A DNA stretch of 64,000 nt from positions 1 through 64,000 of the forward strand of contig JALAGF010003335.1 in assembly GCA_030167865.1 (NCBI GenBank), given 5' to 3'. Of this stretch, positions 1-10,579 are shown in pieces. Both the position numbers and the translations under genes were made by a program. The stretch's first letter is position 1, and each line of letters opens with the position of its first letter. Source of the DNA: Craspedostauros australis. Taxonomy: Eukaryota. The notes beneath the pieces are model-generated. The model searched no databases, had not been told where the DNA came from, and worked only from the letters and a program-made list of their open reading frames with translations.

Positions 1-9
1 TGAACCGAC

Positions 10-894
10 TCAGCTGACCTTGGGTCTGGGAATGTCGACAGTCTCTCCAATCATGCTGTAAATGTTGCCACCCAACCGTCCCACAGGCTTCAGTTGCATC
101 GTATCCACCGCCGGTCTTTCCACGTCGCTGTTGGCCATCAATACTGTCGAATCCACATGCACACGCACCACCTTGGCCAGCACGATTTCAGTCGTCGCCT
201 TTCCCGTCGCATCGTTCGTCAAGGCATGGATGTGTTGCAATTCGCATTCGTACGATACAGCAGCCTCCTTGACACGCGGAGCGTTGACAACCTCACAATC
301 ATTGATCTTCGTCATACCGGACACATCGAATTCGTCGACGGAGGATGCGAAGTTGCCGCAGCTGTGGTTGGCAGCATCGAGGTACCATTCCGAGATGATG
401 TTGACACAGAATTGGCCGTTGTTGGATTCGATGTTTTGGAGGGAATCCTTCTTGGCACCACCATTGCGACAGAAGCCGATGGCAATCATGGGTGGATCAT
501 GGGCGACGGCACCGAAGTAGGAGAACGGTGATACGTTGTCGACCCCGGTGGTGCCATGGCGCGATGATACCAACGCGATTGGTCGTGGTGTGACGGTGGA
601 GATCATGAGGGAATAGGATGACTTCAGCACGGATGGATCGTAGACTCGAACATCCTTTCCGAATGTTGACGATGGAAGCGTTGGCTTTGCCCCTGGCTTG
701 TAGGGTGGCCGATCGGCCAGAGAGCTCGATGCGGCCTTGCTGATGGCAGACGCGCTCGCCGCAGCCCTCTTCGCAAAGAACCGCGTCAGAACGCTGCCCG
801 CAACCATGCCAACTCCCAATGCCACAGCGATGGCGACATCGCCAGAAACTGCTGAGCGGCTGGCCTTGTCATCACCGGCAGATGCAGTTGTCAT
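10..894 (-). CDS. Flavin reductase-like FMN-binding protein (DIM6/NTAB/flavoredoxin-like) with N-terminal hydrophobic segment
   Basis: 294-aa ORF with the motifs TPRPIALVSS, NVSPFSYF, PPMIAIG, KKDSLQNI, FCVNII, APRVKEA and PVGRLGG; hydrophobic stretch VAIAVALGVGMVAGSVL near the N-terminus. Confidence 0.85.
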   Translation of the reverse strand: MTTASAGDDKASRSAVSGDVAIAVALGVGMVAGSVLTRFFAKRAAASASAISKAASSSLADRPPYKPGAKPTLPSSTFGKDVRVYDPSVLKSSYSLMISTVTPRPIALVSSRHGTTGVDNVSPFSYFGAVAHDPPMIAIGFCRNGGAKKDSLQNIESNNGQFCVNIISEWYLDAANHSCGNFASSVDEFDVSGMTKINDCEVVNAPRVKEAAVSYECELQHIHALTNDATGKATTEIVLAKVVRVHVDSTVLMANSDVERPAVDTMQLKPVGRLGGNIYSMIGETVDIPRPKVS

Positions 895-1371
895 TGTGCT
901 CGAAATCGTACTGTTTTCTTGGTGTTGATGGTGCTATTTTCGCTCCGACCATTGGTGTGAAACGCAGTCGAGGTTTGATCAGTGGACGTCCTCGTGATCT
1001 TCTGTTCTCTCTGTGGAGAAGATCCATCAAGATCACGCGCAAAATGTCCCAGTGGGGAGTTCCGACCCGTTTTCGGGAGTTTCGCTTTCTTCTCGCCAGA
1101 AACGCCACCCACAATCACGACCAGAAAGATACATCGAACTCACATCATTCGCATCAGTACCGGCAAACCAGAGTAATCGTAATCGCCAAGGCATTCGCAA
1201 CACATGAACCATCGGGCAGCTCGTATTGTTGGGAGAGATAACGCCTTGTGGACTGCGAGCTGAATCTAACAGATGTGAGGTTACGGCTGATATGCATCGC
1301 GGTATGGTCCAGCAACATGGAGGATCGAGATGCCATCACAGCGCAGCTTGTCTACTATCCAACGGGGAAAT

Positions 1372-3987
1372 TTAGGATGGCTTGGGAGGTTGGTTGTCCT
1401 GGAGATGCTTGACGATAGTGTCTGCGTCCACTGGAGGCGAATGCCGCAACGGGTACGTCTCGGCTTCCGGCTGGTCTTCATTGGGATGCACCGGTTGATG
1501 CGAAGACGAGTCACGTTCTGCCTCTTGCCGTCGCTGTTGCAACCGTCGCTCCGATTTCTGCTCTTCTCCAGGCAGTTGCAATCGCTGCTCTCTCTTCTTT
1601 TCTTTCAATTCTGGTGTTGGCGTTGGAGGTGCTGTTGTGGTTGTTGCTGCGACTGCAGTGTCTGGTGCTGTCGCTGTAGTAGTTGTTGGCGTCGGTAACT
1701 GAGCCTGCGGCTGTATCACTGGTTGTTGCTGTTGCTGCTGCTGTAATTGTTGCTGTTGTAATTGTTGTTGCTGCTGTTGCTGCTGCTGTTGCTGCTGCTG
1801 TTGCTGCTGCTGTTGCTGCTGCTGTTGCTGCTGTTGTTGCTGTAATTGCTGCCGCAACTGCCGCAGTTCCTGAAACTGTCGATCTTGCTCCAGCTGTTGC
1901 GATTGCAAAATGGCCTGCATAGATTGCGGCTTCGACGATGCGACGGGTGATGAGGATGACGACGATGATGACAGAGAGAATTGAATATTGGATTGCTGCA
2001 GGACCTGTTCCTTCAGCATCTGCAGCTCGACGGCGAACTGATTCTGACGTTCTTCGAAGTGCTTTTGGACCCATTGCACGGAGCTGTTGGTGAACGACAG
2101 TTCGTTCTCCAGCTGCGCCACGCGCTTCTCCTTCTCTTCGACCAGCTTCATTGCCGCGCTGGCTTGCTTGCTCTGTTGAAAGGCCTCTTCTTTGGAGATC
2201 TTGACCTGTTTCAGGGCATGGCGGCACTTGGCTCTTTGGACATCGTTCTTGGCCTTCAGATCATTGATCTGCTCACGCGTTGCGGCGACGAACTTCTCCA
2301 ACGAGCCGTAGTTGTTGATGGTGGACACGACGGTACGCATACGATTGAGCTCTTCGACGAGGTTGGTCGGCGCTGGATTGCTGATTTCCTCCAGAGGTGG
2401 CATGGCAGGTGGTACGGTGGCCTCGACGATGTTGGACAGCATCGTGGTCGCAGGTGATACGGCTGAGAAGGAGTGCTCGCCCGGAGCAATTGGCGCCACG
2501 GTTGCTGATATCTGTGGCTGCGACGGAGTGCTGTTGATACTGTTGTTGCCGTGCGCCGAGTCCACCAAGCTGGTGTCATCCTTCGTGGGTGCTGCGGACA
2601 AGCTCACGGAAACTTCCGACTCCGTGCCGGCTTCTTCCAATTCCGGCAACGGCGTATCGCCGATGGTTTGCACCTTCATCATGGTCGTCTTGTCCATGCC
2701 GTACGGAAAGTAGCAACTGTTGTACGCCGACGACGGTGAATGGATCGACGTGGAGTGGTTGGAGACGGACCGAGACGCGACGCTGCCCGCGCTGCTGTTC
2801 TGGAGTCGCCGCCTCGATCTGTGGCTCGAGACGGACGACGTGGTCGAGCTGCCCTGCGGTAACGGCGGCAGCGGTTTGCTGTGCTTCAGTATCGTTCGCA
2901 CGATGCCCTTCGTGGTGCTGTGCGAGCTCGTGCTGATCGAGCCAGGATGCTGCGGCGGTCTCGCGCTGTGGCTGTCGCCGTCGAGTTGAAATGCCACGTG
3001 CTTCTTCGGCCTCAAGGAGCTGTCCAAGGACAAGGCCCCGTCCGGTGTCTGCCAACTCCTGTTCAAGCTGCCGCTGTCATGGCCGTGGCTCATGGCCGCC
3101 GCAAGCGACGCGTCCGGCAACTCGGTCGATGCGATCGTGCTTGCGCTCTTCTCGTACGTGTTGGTTGTCGTGGTGAAGGTGGCGGAGTCATCGTTGCGTT
3201 TGGCTTGGGTCGTGTGCAACGGGGTTTGCTTGACCGGTATACGCCCATCATTGTCGATGGTGCTTCTGCTGCCGAGGGTGGTTGCCGTGGTGATGGTCGT
3301 GGGCGACTCCTGGCTGATTTGCGGTTGCTGCCCGTTTTTTGCAGGAGCCCCCGGAGTGGACTTACCCTGACCAGCAGCGCCTGCAGCGCGGCCGTTCCCG
3401 CTATTGACGCTCCACAGCCCGGCACTGCCCAGACTATTGATGCTGCTGTTGTACTTGCCGGCGTTGGTCGTGGTTGGCGTGGTCGGTGCACCTGATCTGA
3501 CACTGCCATCAGGCAACACTCTCGCAGACACTCTCGCAGGGCGGATTGGCAGTGTCGTTGTTGATGTTGCTGCTGGCGTTATCGACTGATGAGGAGATGG
3601 AGTTGCGTTGGCCGCAGACAGCAGCGTGGATACCGGCACCTGACGAGAACGAGACGAAGCCACGCTCTTCGATGTGGACGCATCGCGCGATCGCCCGCTG
3701 GTACTGCCCACGCTCGATGCAACACTGACCGACGCTGCGCGAACATTCTTGCGAGTCGTTGGCTTCTTGGCATTGCCGCGAGTTTGCTTGGACTTGGACC
3801 GTCCACCGACGTCGTTCGTCTTCGCGCTGGCATCGGCTGGTGCGGATCTGCTCTTGCTCTTTGCCTTGACATTACCCTTGACATTACCTTTGGCATTGCC
3901 CTTGGTATTAGCCTTACCCTTGACATTGCTCTTGCCTTCAGCGCTGCCGCTATTGTCGCCGCGGAACAACCGCGTAATCGACTTCAT
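1372..3987 (-). CDS. Hypothetical low-complexity protein: Lys/Ser-rich N-terminus, coiled-coil region and polyglutamine tract
   Basis: 871-aa ORF. Heptad-like helical stretch (LVEELNRMR...LQMLKEQV) followed by a long Q tract. No recognisable catalytic domain. Confidence 0.6.
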   Translation of the reverse strand: MKSITRLFRGDNSGSAEGKSNVKGKANTKGNAKGNVKGNVKAKSKSRSAPADASAKTNDVGGRSKSKQTRGNAKKPTTRKNVRAASVSVASSVGSTSGRSRDASTSKSVASSRSRQVPVSTLLSAANATPSPHQSITPAATSTTTLPIRPARVSARVLPDGSVRSGAPTTPTTTNAGKYNSSINSLGSAGLWSVNSGNGRAAGAAGQGKSTPGAPAKNGQQPQISQESPTTITTATTLGSRSTIDNDGRIPVKQTPLHTTQAKRNDDSATFTTTTNTYEKSASTIASTELPDASLAAAMSHGHDSGSLNRSWQTPDGALSLDSSLRPKKHVAFQLDGDSHSARPPQHPGSISTSSHSTTKGIVRTILKHSKPLPPLPQGSSTTSSVSSHRSRRRLQNSSAGSVASRSVSNHSTSIHSPSSAYNSCYFPYGMDKTTMMKVQTIGDTPLPELEEAGTESEVSVSLSAAPTKDDTSLVDSAHGNNSINSTPSQPQISATVAPIAPGEHSFSAVSPATTMLSNIVEATVPPAMPPLEEISNPAPTNLVEELNRMRTVVSTINNYGSLEKFVAATREQINDLKAKNDVQRAKCRHALKQVKISKEEAFQQSKQASAAMKLVEEKEKRVAQLENELSFTNSSVQWVQKHFEERQNQFAVELQMLKEQVLQQSNIQFSLSSSSSSSSPVASSKPQSMQAILQSQQLEQDRQFQELRQLRQQLQQQQQQQQQQQQQQQQQQQQQQQQQQQLQQQQLQQQQQQQPVIQPQAQLPTPTTTTATAPDTAVAATTTTAPPTPTPELKEKKREQRLQLPGEEQKSERRLQQRRQEAERDSSSHQPVHPNEDQPEAETYPLRHSPPVDADTIVKHLQDNQPPKPS
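1723..1850 (-). repeat. CAG/CAA trinucleotide repeat encoding poly-Gln
   Basis: (TGC/TGT)n on the + strand, in frame with the 871-aa ORF. Confidence 0.9.
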
Positions 3988-5829
3988 CCGTGAAGGTCGC
4001 TCTGGAAGTCGCAGTGAGAGTTGGGCTGCCCTGTCGTCTTTGCTCCTGGCGTTGCTTTGTGGTCAGCCCGCAGGACGATGATGACTGTGAGTCTTTCGAC
4101 CTTTCTCTGGTGACAACCACGAGTCTCCGATCAGCCTCTGGACAGTGTCTCCGGTCGCCAACGTCCAAACATCAAACTGGCAGGCAGCTGTCTCCGAAAC
4201 CGCGAGCACGGATCAGCCGAGGGCGTCTTTGGGAGTTGTTTTGCGTTGAGTTCCGCTGTCCCTTGTGTTCTTTGTGGATGGTGATGCTGTCGTTCGCACT
4301 GTCGGTGCAATAGGTACAAGTCAGGTCTACGATGCTGCTCCTTCTGGTCTCTTGTGGTTGTTGACGTTGTTCGATTTGCGCAAGTGATCGAATGGGTACG
4401 CGAATGCTGGTGGCGTTTGATTGGCTGCTCCTTGCCTTGCTTGGTCTTGTTCTTGCAGCCCGACCTGTGTTCCGACGTGTTGTTGTCACAATGTGATGGT
4501 TTGTGCTGCGTCGTCGATGGCCTCCCTGATCCCTTTGGTCTGTCTTCTGATCTCAGTCTTGTTGCGGCTGATTCTTTCGGTGGCACCTCTGTTGCTGTTC
4601 ACGAGAATTGTGTACTTGTGGTCGCTTTCGAGGGCATCAGCGCAAACGCGGTGGGAAGGACGACTCCGCGATGCGCTTTTGCCCCGCTTCAGTATGAGCG
4701 TTGCGCGCGAACCACGGAACACCAATACGAACCCGGCCAAAACAGAGGTTCCGTTTTCCTCCGTGGGCGCTTATACCGTGGCGTTGGTGGACACAAACAG
4801 AGGCACAAAACATCGCGATCACGTTTGTCACCACCAACAATCTTCCCCATCTCTGTTGTGGCTTGCGAGGTCGCTGTTGCTGTCTCGCTCATGTTGATGT
4901 GTTGCTGTCCAGACACGTCGACGTCATGCACCCAACAATTCAACGGTTGGGATTCTTTGGTCGTTTGCAACATCATGCCGTTTTATTGGTTGTCGACTTT
5001 GTTCGTGACTTTTGTCAATGTTTGCCTCATAAACAACGCTTGTCGCAACGGGAAAAGAATTCGTATCGAGGAGCACTCTGGTACACCAAGGGGATGCACC
5101 AGTACACCAATAGTCCATCACTGCAGAACACACGATTGCCAATGGCCATATGTATTCAGTGTCGCGTTCGCTTCAGTTTTGTCATATCGGCAGATCACGA
5201 CCTGCAATGACACTCGAAGCACTTAATGACCATTCTCCACCCACCCAAAACTAAGACTAGATGTCACATTTTGATGTCACGCGCGCAAAGCCACAATCAT
5301 GGACGCAAATGCACAAGACGGCTTCATCCTCGGAAGCATCCGCAAAGCAGCAGAGAGGTGGATGTCCATGATCGCACTCGTTCAACACTGGGGAGGTTGA
5401 CATGGTGTGTTGCGCGAAAACACAAAAAATGAATGTGTTCTGTGTCATTTCATCAGTGAGACCGATGTCCGCCGAATCGATGTTGCTGGGCGATGTCACA
5501 CACAAACAACATGTCACACCAAATACGAGAAGATCGAGGTGAATACCGCAGATGAGAGAACAGATTTCGTTCGTCATGGTATTTGACTCTCAGCCGAGGC
5601 GATCCCATTCGCGCGGCGCTGGTGAGAACGAGTGGATCGACGTTCTACCGTGTTTGGTCTTCAAATGGTTCCTTTTGTGTTCCATTATTATTCTATTACA
5701 GAATACATCACTGGTCGCATTGCTTTCTGTGGCAATCACTTTCCTTGCGCGGAACCTCATCGCGTCGAACCGCGAGGCAGAACATCCTCTCGGCATGTTC
5801 GTTCATTTCAATCTCACCTACATTCCATC

Positions 5830-6948
5830 TCACACGTCGAGGAATGTGTGACGCATCCATTCGATGATCTCGTCATCGAAATTGGGAAGATTGCGAGACC
5901 CATCAAAGTTGGCGTGCCCTCCGCTTTCGTAGGCGACGAGCTTGACGTTCGGGAATTTGGCAAAGTTCTCAGAACCTGCGAACGGCACCCTCGCATCGTC
6001 CTTGGCCCAGCACATGATGGTCGGCGTGCCGTCGCCGACAGCATCCGCGGCAACCTGCGCTTCGAAGGAAGCTGGGTGCATGATGACAGCGCCGGCGATG
6101 TTGCGCCCGAACGTGTCGTCCGCGTTGCGCGCTTGGGCCAGCAAGGGAACGCCAACTCCGCCAGACCATGATTTGATGCCCAGGATGAACTTCGTGTCAG
6201 GACTTGTGCCCCATTCCAGCCCCTGCTCGATCACGGCGCGCAGCACGGCGGCGCCATCTTCGAAGCTGCGTGGCGTGACGGCGTCCATCGCGGTGAGGCT
6301 GTTCTTCGCCTTATCAGCGACTTCCTTTGGCAGATCCTTGGACATGAGCTCGACAGCCTCATCTGAAAGGCCCGAGAAGAAATGCTTCGGCAGCATCGTC
6401 AAGAAATCCTCGTTGGGCTTGTCAATCGACCGATCGATGGAGTGCCAATCGAGCGCGACGAAGCGGATTTTGTGCTGCTTCAGATCGCCGCCGCCGAGCC
6501 GTTCTCCCAACGAATGCCACCGGGTGCGGCTGACGCCAGGCGTGAGGCCGTGGACGGCCACCATGCGGTGCTGGGCGTCACGCTCCGAAGCACCCCATGC
6601 GTACACGTCCATGGTGAAGTGCTCTCCCCACAGCGAGAACTCGACATTGAGGCGCTTTCCGGTGGACCCTTGGATCATGAACTGCGCCTCGGGAGTTGTA
6701 GGGATGCCCTGCTCGCGAAGTGATGGCGTCAGCGTTCGCCGCAAGCGAAGGTGGGGATCGTTGTCGAGGTAGAATGATGGGCCTGTGGAGGGCTTCACGA
6801 ACTCCTTCGTGGCTCTGTGCAACGCCTTGATGTAGTCCTGCACATGCTCCTGCGTTTGGTCGCTGGTGGGAGGGTTGATGGCTGCACTGTCACCTGGACC
6901 CGAAGTCTCTTGCGGTTGGTCGCATGCCATGTTCTTTGGTGGACTCAT
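5830..6948 (-). CDS. Alpha/beta-hydrolase fold protein (ABHD14-like)
   Basis: VAVHG oxyanion strand, GIKSWSGG nucleophile elbow, WAKDD acid residue and ESGGH His in the expected order. Confidence 0.7.
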   Translation of the reverse strand: MSPPKNMACDQPQETSGPGDSAAINPPTSDQTQEHVQDYIKALHRATKEFVKPSTGPSFYLDNDPHLRLRRTLTPSLREQGIPTTPEAQFMIQGSTGKRLNVEFSLWGEHFTMDVYAWGASERDAQHRMVAVHGLTPGVSRTRWHSLGERLGGGDLKQHKIRFVALDWHSIDRSIDKPNEDFLTMLPKHFFSGLSDEAVELMSKDLPKEVADKAKNSLTAMDAVTPRSFEDGAAVLRAVIEQGLEWGTSPDTKFILGIKSWSGGVGVPLLAQARNADDTFGRNIAGAVIMHPASFEAQVAADAVGDGTPTIMCWAKDDARVPFAGSENFAKFPNVKLVAYESGGHANFDGSRNLPNFDDEIIEWMRHTFLDV

Positions 6949-7926
6949 GGTGCTTGGTGCTTAGCGGGTGGGTCAATGGGTCGATGGTCGAATGGAAAGG
7001 GTAGATTAGTGCGCAGTTGATGCCTTTGTTCACTTGCTTGTCTGCTTTGGGGTATGGTCGATGGGACACTGTCTGTGACTGATGTTGTTGAATGCTGCTG
7101 TGCCGTGCAGGTTTGTTGCGGAGGTATGCCGATGTTTGATTGAGTACTGTCTGAAGCGGCTGCGACTGATGATGCTGGTGGCCTGGCGGAAGAGTGCTAT
7201 TCCGTTCTGTGTTGAGATGATCTGAGCTGAGCTGTGTTCGTTCCTTGTGATTTACACTTGCCGAGCAATGTACTTTGCTTTGCTTTGTTGTTGCGGATGA
7301 TTCCAAGTTGTGATCATGCTTTCTCACGTCGACGACTGATCTGTGCAGAATTCCGGGACTGCGCACTGCCCAAAGTGTTACTGATGGATGCCACAAGAGG
7401 CGGAGAGCATGGCGATCCTCATCCTCTTTCTTTACACCGGTCTCCCTGTTGCTGTTGCTGTCGTTGATGCCATCGTCAACGAAGTGCCTTGTGAGGATGG
7501 AGCTCTGCTGCTTCATTCACACACAAGACTGCCTCGTTTTGTGCAGACTGTGATCAGACACACGCATGGTCGCCTGCTGAGCTTGGTTTCATTTTCGCGT
7601 CTCTGATTTCGTTTGTGTCCTTGTTTGTTCGTGATTTACGCCATCTTGCTATTTTTGGTATTCCAAAATGCAGTGAAATAGTATGTTTAGGAAGCTAGAC
7701 TATTGCGATCATTTTGTGCTCAATACGACTTTTTTATTTCAACAAGTAGGTAACAAACCCAGAAAACGAATCGACAGATTCGTCACAAATCAACAGAACA
7801 GCCTCGAATGCAGTGCAAGAAGATCCAGTCGGGCAACCAAAGCACCCACCATGCCATGGCATGCTACGCCATGCGATGCCATACGAATACGGATGCCGAC
7901 ATGGAGGCTCCTCCTGACGATTCACG

Positions 7927-8919
7927 ATGAAGATCGGCACCGACAACCTCGCGCAATCCATCTGGAGACTCCTTCTGCGATCGCAGATTCAGCCTCTCGT
8001 TGAGGTGAAGCCCAGCACCAAAATGTCCGCCGGAAAGGGCGTTTTTATCCGGCGCGCCAATGATCCCAACATCGGTGATATTTCTTCAGCTGACGAGAAC
8101 ACCGTGAAAGCAGGGACAGCGCTATGCCTCTATCCTGGGATCTATACCCCCGGCTTACCTAACTTCGTGGGCGTGGCAAGCGGCATCGACCCCTCCATTC
8201 TGTACTTTGCAAACCAACGAGACGCCTGCGGCATGCCGATGGACGCGAATGCGTATATTCTCAACACGTCGCATCTCGGCGGCTACATCGACGCAAGCAA
8301 AGGCTCGCTTAACCAGGTCCAGAGCGGCGATTGGGGCACGAATCCGGCCGCCTGTGGGCATCTTGTCAATCATTCTGCCCTTGATTTCAACGTTTCGGTG
8401 GTTTCATTCCGCTGGAATTCCGTATCCGTCCAGGACCATGCCCGCAAACTCAATGCAAATGTGAGTGCATTTACGCGCCGAAATGCTGATCTCCGGCAGG
8501 AGGAAGGCGTTGGTTGCGATAGTGCGGATCGCATCATCCAAGACCGAAGCTGGTTGGATTTTCATTCTGGCGCAGCGGACGAGAACGGAGGGCATTCAAA
8601 GCTGACGCAATACTATCCAATTCCAAACTCCATCCGATGCGATGGCTCCGCATGGTACATGGACGATGTCGAAGGGCGGATGATAATGTTCCCGAAGCAT
8701 GACCATATGAATACTGACGACCGTGATGGCCACGATGGCCAGGTTGAGCATGATGGAAGCGATGGACTTGATGCAATCTGTAAGTTTGAACGGTCCCATC
8801 TCGTGGGTGCAGCCATGATTGCCACGAAGGATATGAAGGCTGGGGATGAGCTCTTTTTGGATTATGGTCTTGACACGACGAAACCCTTGCCACCGTGGGC
8901 ATCTGGTTGGTATGAATAA
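7927..8919 (+). CDS. SET-domain lysine methyltransferase (SETD9-like)
   Basis: SAGKGVF, CLYPGIY, NPAACGHLVNHS and ATKDMKAGDELFLDYG match SET motifs (GxGVF, NHS, ELxxDY). Confidence 0.8.
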   Translation: MKIGTDNLAQSIWRLLLRSQIQPLVEVKPSTKMSAGKGVFIRRANDPNIGDISSADENTVKAGTALCLYPGIYTPGLPNFVGVASGIDPSILYFANQRDACGMPMDANAYILNTSHLGGYIDASKGSLNQVQSGDWGTNPAACGHLVNHSALDFNVSVVSFRWNSVSVQDHARKLNANVSAFTRRNADLRQEEGVGCDSADRIIQDRSWLDFHSGAADENGGHSKLTQYYPIPNSIRCDGSAWYMDDVEGRMIMFPKHDHMNTDDRDGHDGQVEHDGSDGLDAICKFERSHLVGAAMIATKDMKAGDELFLDYGLDTTKPLPPWASGWYE

Positions 8920-9445
8920 GGCAATGCGATGGGTATAGATCTCCATTACTGTAACAATAGACGAATGACAGAATACTGCGCGATGCTCTTGGTGACCATG
9001 GACTCGAGGTACACCAATTTCCTTATCGACCTCTCCATGAGACAACGATGCAGCCCTCCCTCTCGAGGTGCTGTTGCTACTCTCACCCATTCCTTTAAAC
9101 ACATCCTTGCCGACACGGGTGGAACTGAGATGTAGGGATCCTGCTTCTAGCCGAAGGAATCGTTTGAAACGAGGAACAGATATGGACGCCAATTGTGATT
9201 GGATCGAAATCACAGGCTCCAAGCCGAGTTGGTGATTCACATTTGGCGACCAACAAATGTACCATACAATTGTGGCGGCAAATCTAAAGAGGACTAATAT
9301 GCAAGTCTTTCCTTCTGTCTGCACGTACCTATGTATAACACATGTGTTGGCCATGCAATTCCTGCTATGCTATTTAGGAGCGGAGAGTTTGGAAGTATGT
9401 GACGAATGTTCAACTCTAAGGTACGGATACGTTCTTACTCATCGT

Positions 9446-10579
9446 TTAGAAATCAAAGTCCAAGATCTCACCCGGCGTCGGCAGCGGTATCTCATCAAAG
9501 ATTGCCTGTGTGATGAATTGATCAATAGTGTGCGAAAACCGCTCTGCCTCGACAGAGAGCATATGCTGAGGCGAGATATCACCTTCCAACATCGTGATCG
9601 GATGTTGCGCCCATGAATGACTGTTATCTTCCAAAGGCACTGCGGCGCTCCGTGCGATCTCCGCCCACGATGAGTCTTGGTAGTTCTGAGAATCCAACGC
9701 CATGTTTGCTTGCCTGACGTTCTTGATATTGCTACAAGCAACAACAATTCTTCTGCCCTTCGTTGAGCGCGAGTGCCGTCGGAGATCACTCTCAATCTTT
9801 TTCAATCCTAGCGATTCCGCGGCAGACTTGAGACTTTTCGATGTGCCCTTGACAGCTTGGAGGTGCTGGATTGATTCGGCATGGGCTGAAGCAGATTGTG
9901 ATGTGGTCCATTGGCCATCTTCGCCCTGGGACGTCTCGTTGTCCGACTCAGTCTCTGAGTTCAGACGCCGCGATGTGCTCTGCGAGAGCGACATGATCTG
10001 TGTCAGCGCCGTTTGGACTGGGCAGGATGATGTCGAAGCGGTTGTGGATTGAAGGACTCGTCGCAATGTGGGTGTGGATGTAGGCACGCATGGAGTGACA
10101 TCGCACGGTGGCTGTTGCAATCCATTGTTGTACTTGATGCGCTTTTTGATGACTGGCCGGGCCTTGCCTGTTGGAGGAGATCCACGATGGATGTCACGAA
10201 CTTGCACGTTCTTGCCTCGGATGAACTTGGCGTGTCTGTAGCTTCCCTTCAGTGGTCCTTTGCTGATGCGTTCGAAGCTGTAGGTGTTGAGCTGTCGCTG
10301 AAATGACCTGAATTGCGTCTGCTGGTTGAAGTACTTGGGCAGAACGGCCTTGACAAACTCGGCGGGCTTGTGAACGCGGAATGCTGTGCCTTGTCCCGTC
10401 CAGGAGACGATGCTTGGGTCGACGTTCGACTCGTCAGCTTCGAGCATGCCGTACAGTCGCACAGGAAAGGCGAGTTCTGTGTCATGCTGGAGGTTGGCCA
10501 TGCGTTGGGCCATGCGTGATTCTTCGGTGGAGTTGATTGCGTCCCAATCAAGGTTGTAGAGGAAGTTGTATCGGCTCAT
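9446..10579 (-). CDS. Heat-shock-factor (HSF)-type DNA-binding transcription factor
   Basis: FPVRLYGML, IVSW..QGTAFRVH, VLPKYF, FRSFQRQLNTYSFERI and YRHAKFIRG form an HSF DNA-binding domain. Confidence 0.92.
   Translation of the reverse strand: MSRYNFLYNLDWDAINSTEESRMAQRMANLQHDTELAFPVRLYGMLEADESNVDPSIVSWTGQGTAFRVHKPAEFVKAVLPKYFNQQTQFRSFQRQLNTYSFERISKGPLKGSYRHAKFIRGKNVQVRDIHRGSPPTGKARPVIKKRIKYNNGLQQPPCDVTPCVPTSTPTLRRVLQSTTASTSSCPVQTALTQIMSLSQSTSRRLNSETESDNETSQGEDGQWTTSQSASAHAESIQHLQAVKGTSKSLKSAAESLGLKKIESDLRRHSRSTKGRRIVVACSNIKNVRQANMALDSQNYQDSSWAEIARSAAVPLEDNSHSWAQHPITMLEGDISPQHMLSVEAERFSHTIDQFITQAIFDEIPLPTPGEILDFDF

Noticed and set aside
4354-5226. 290-aa ORF on the + strand
   Set aside because: GTG start, Cys/Val-rich composition typical of the reverse complement of a CA-rich leader or promoter, and no motifs.
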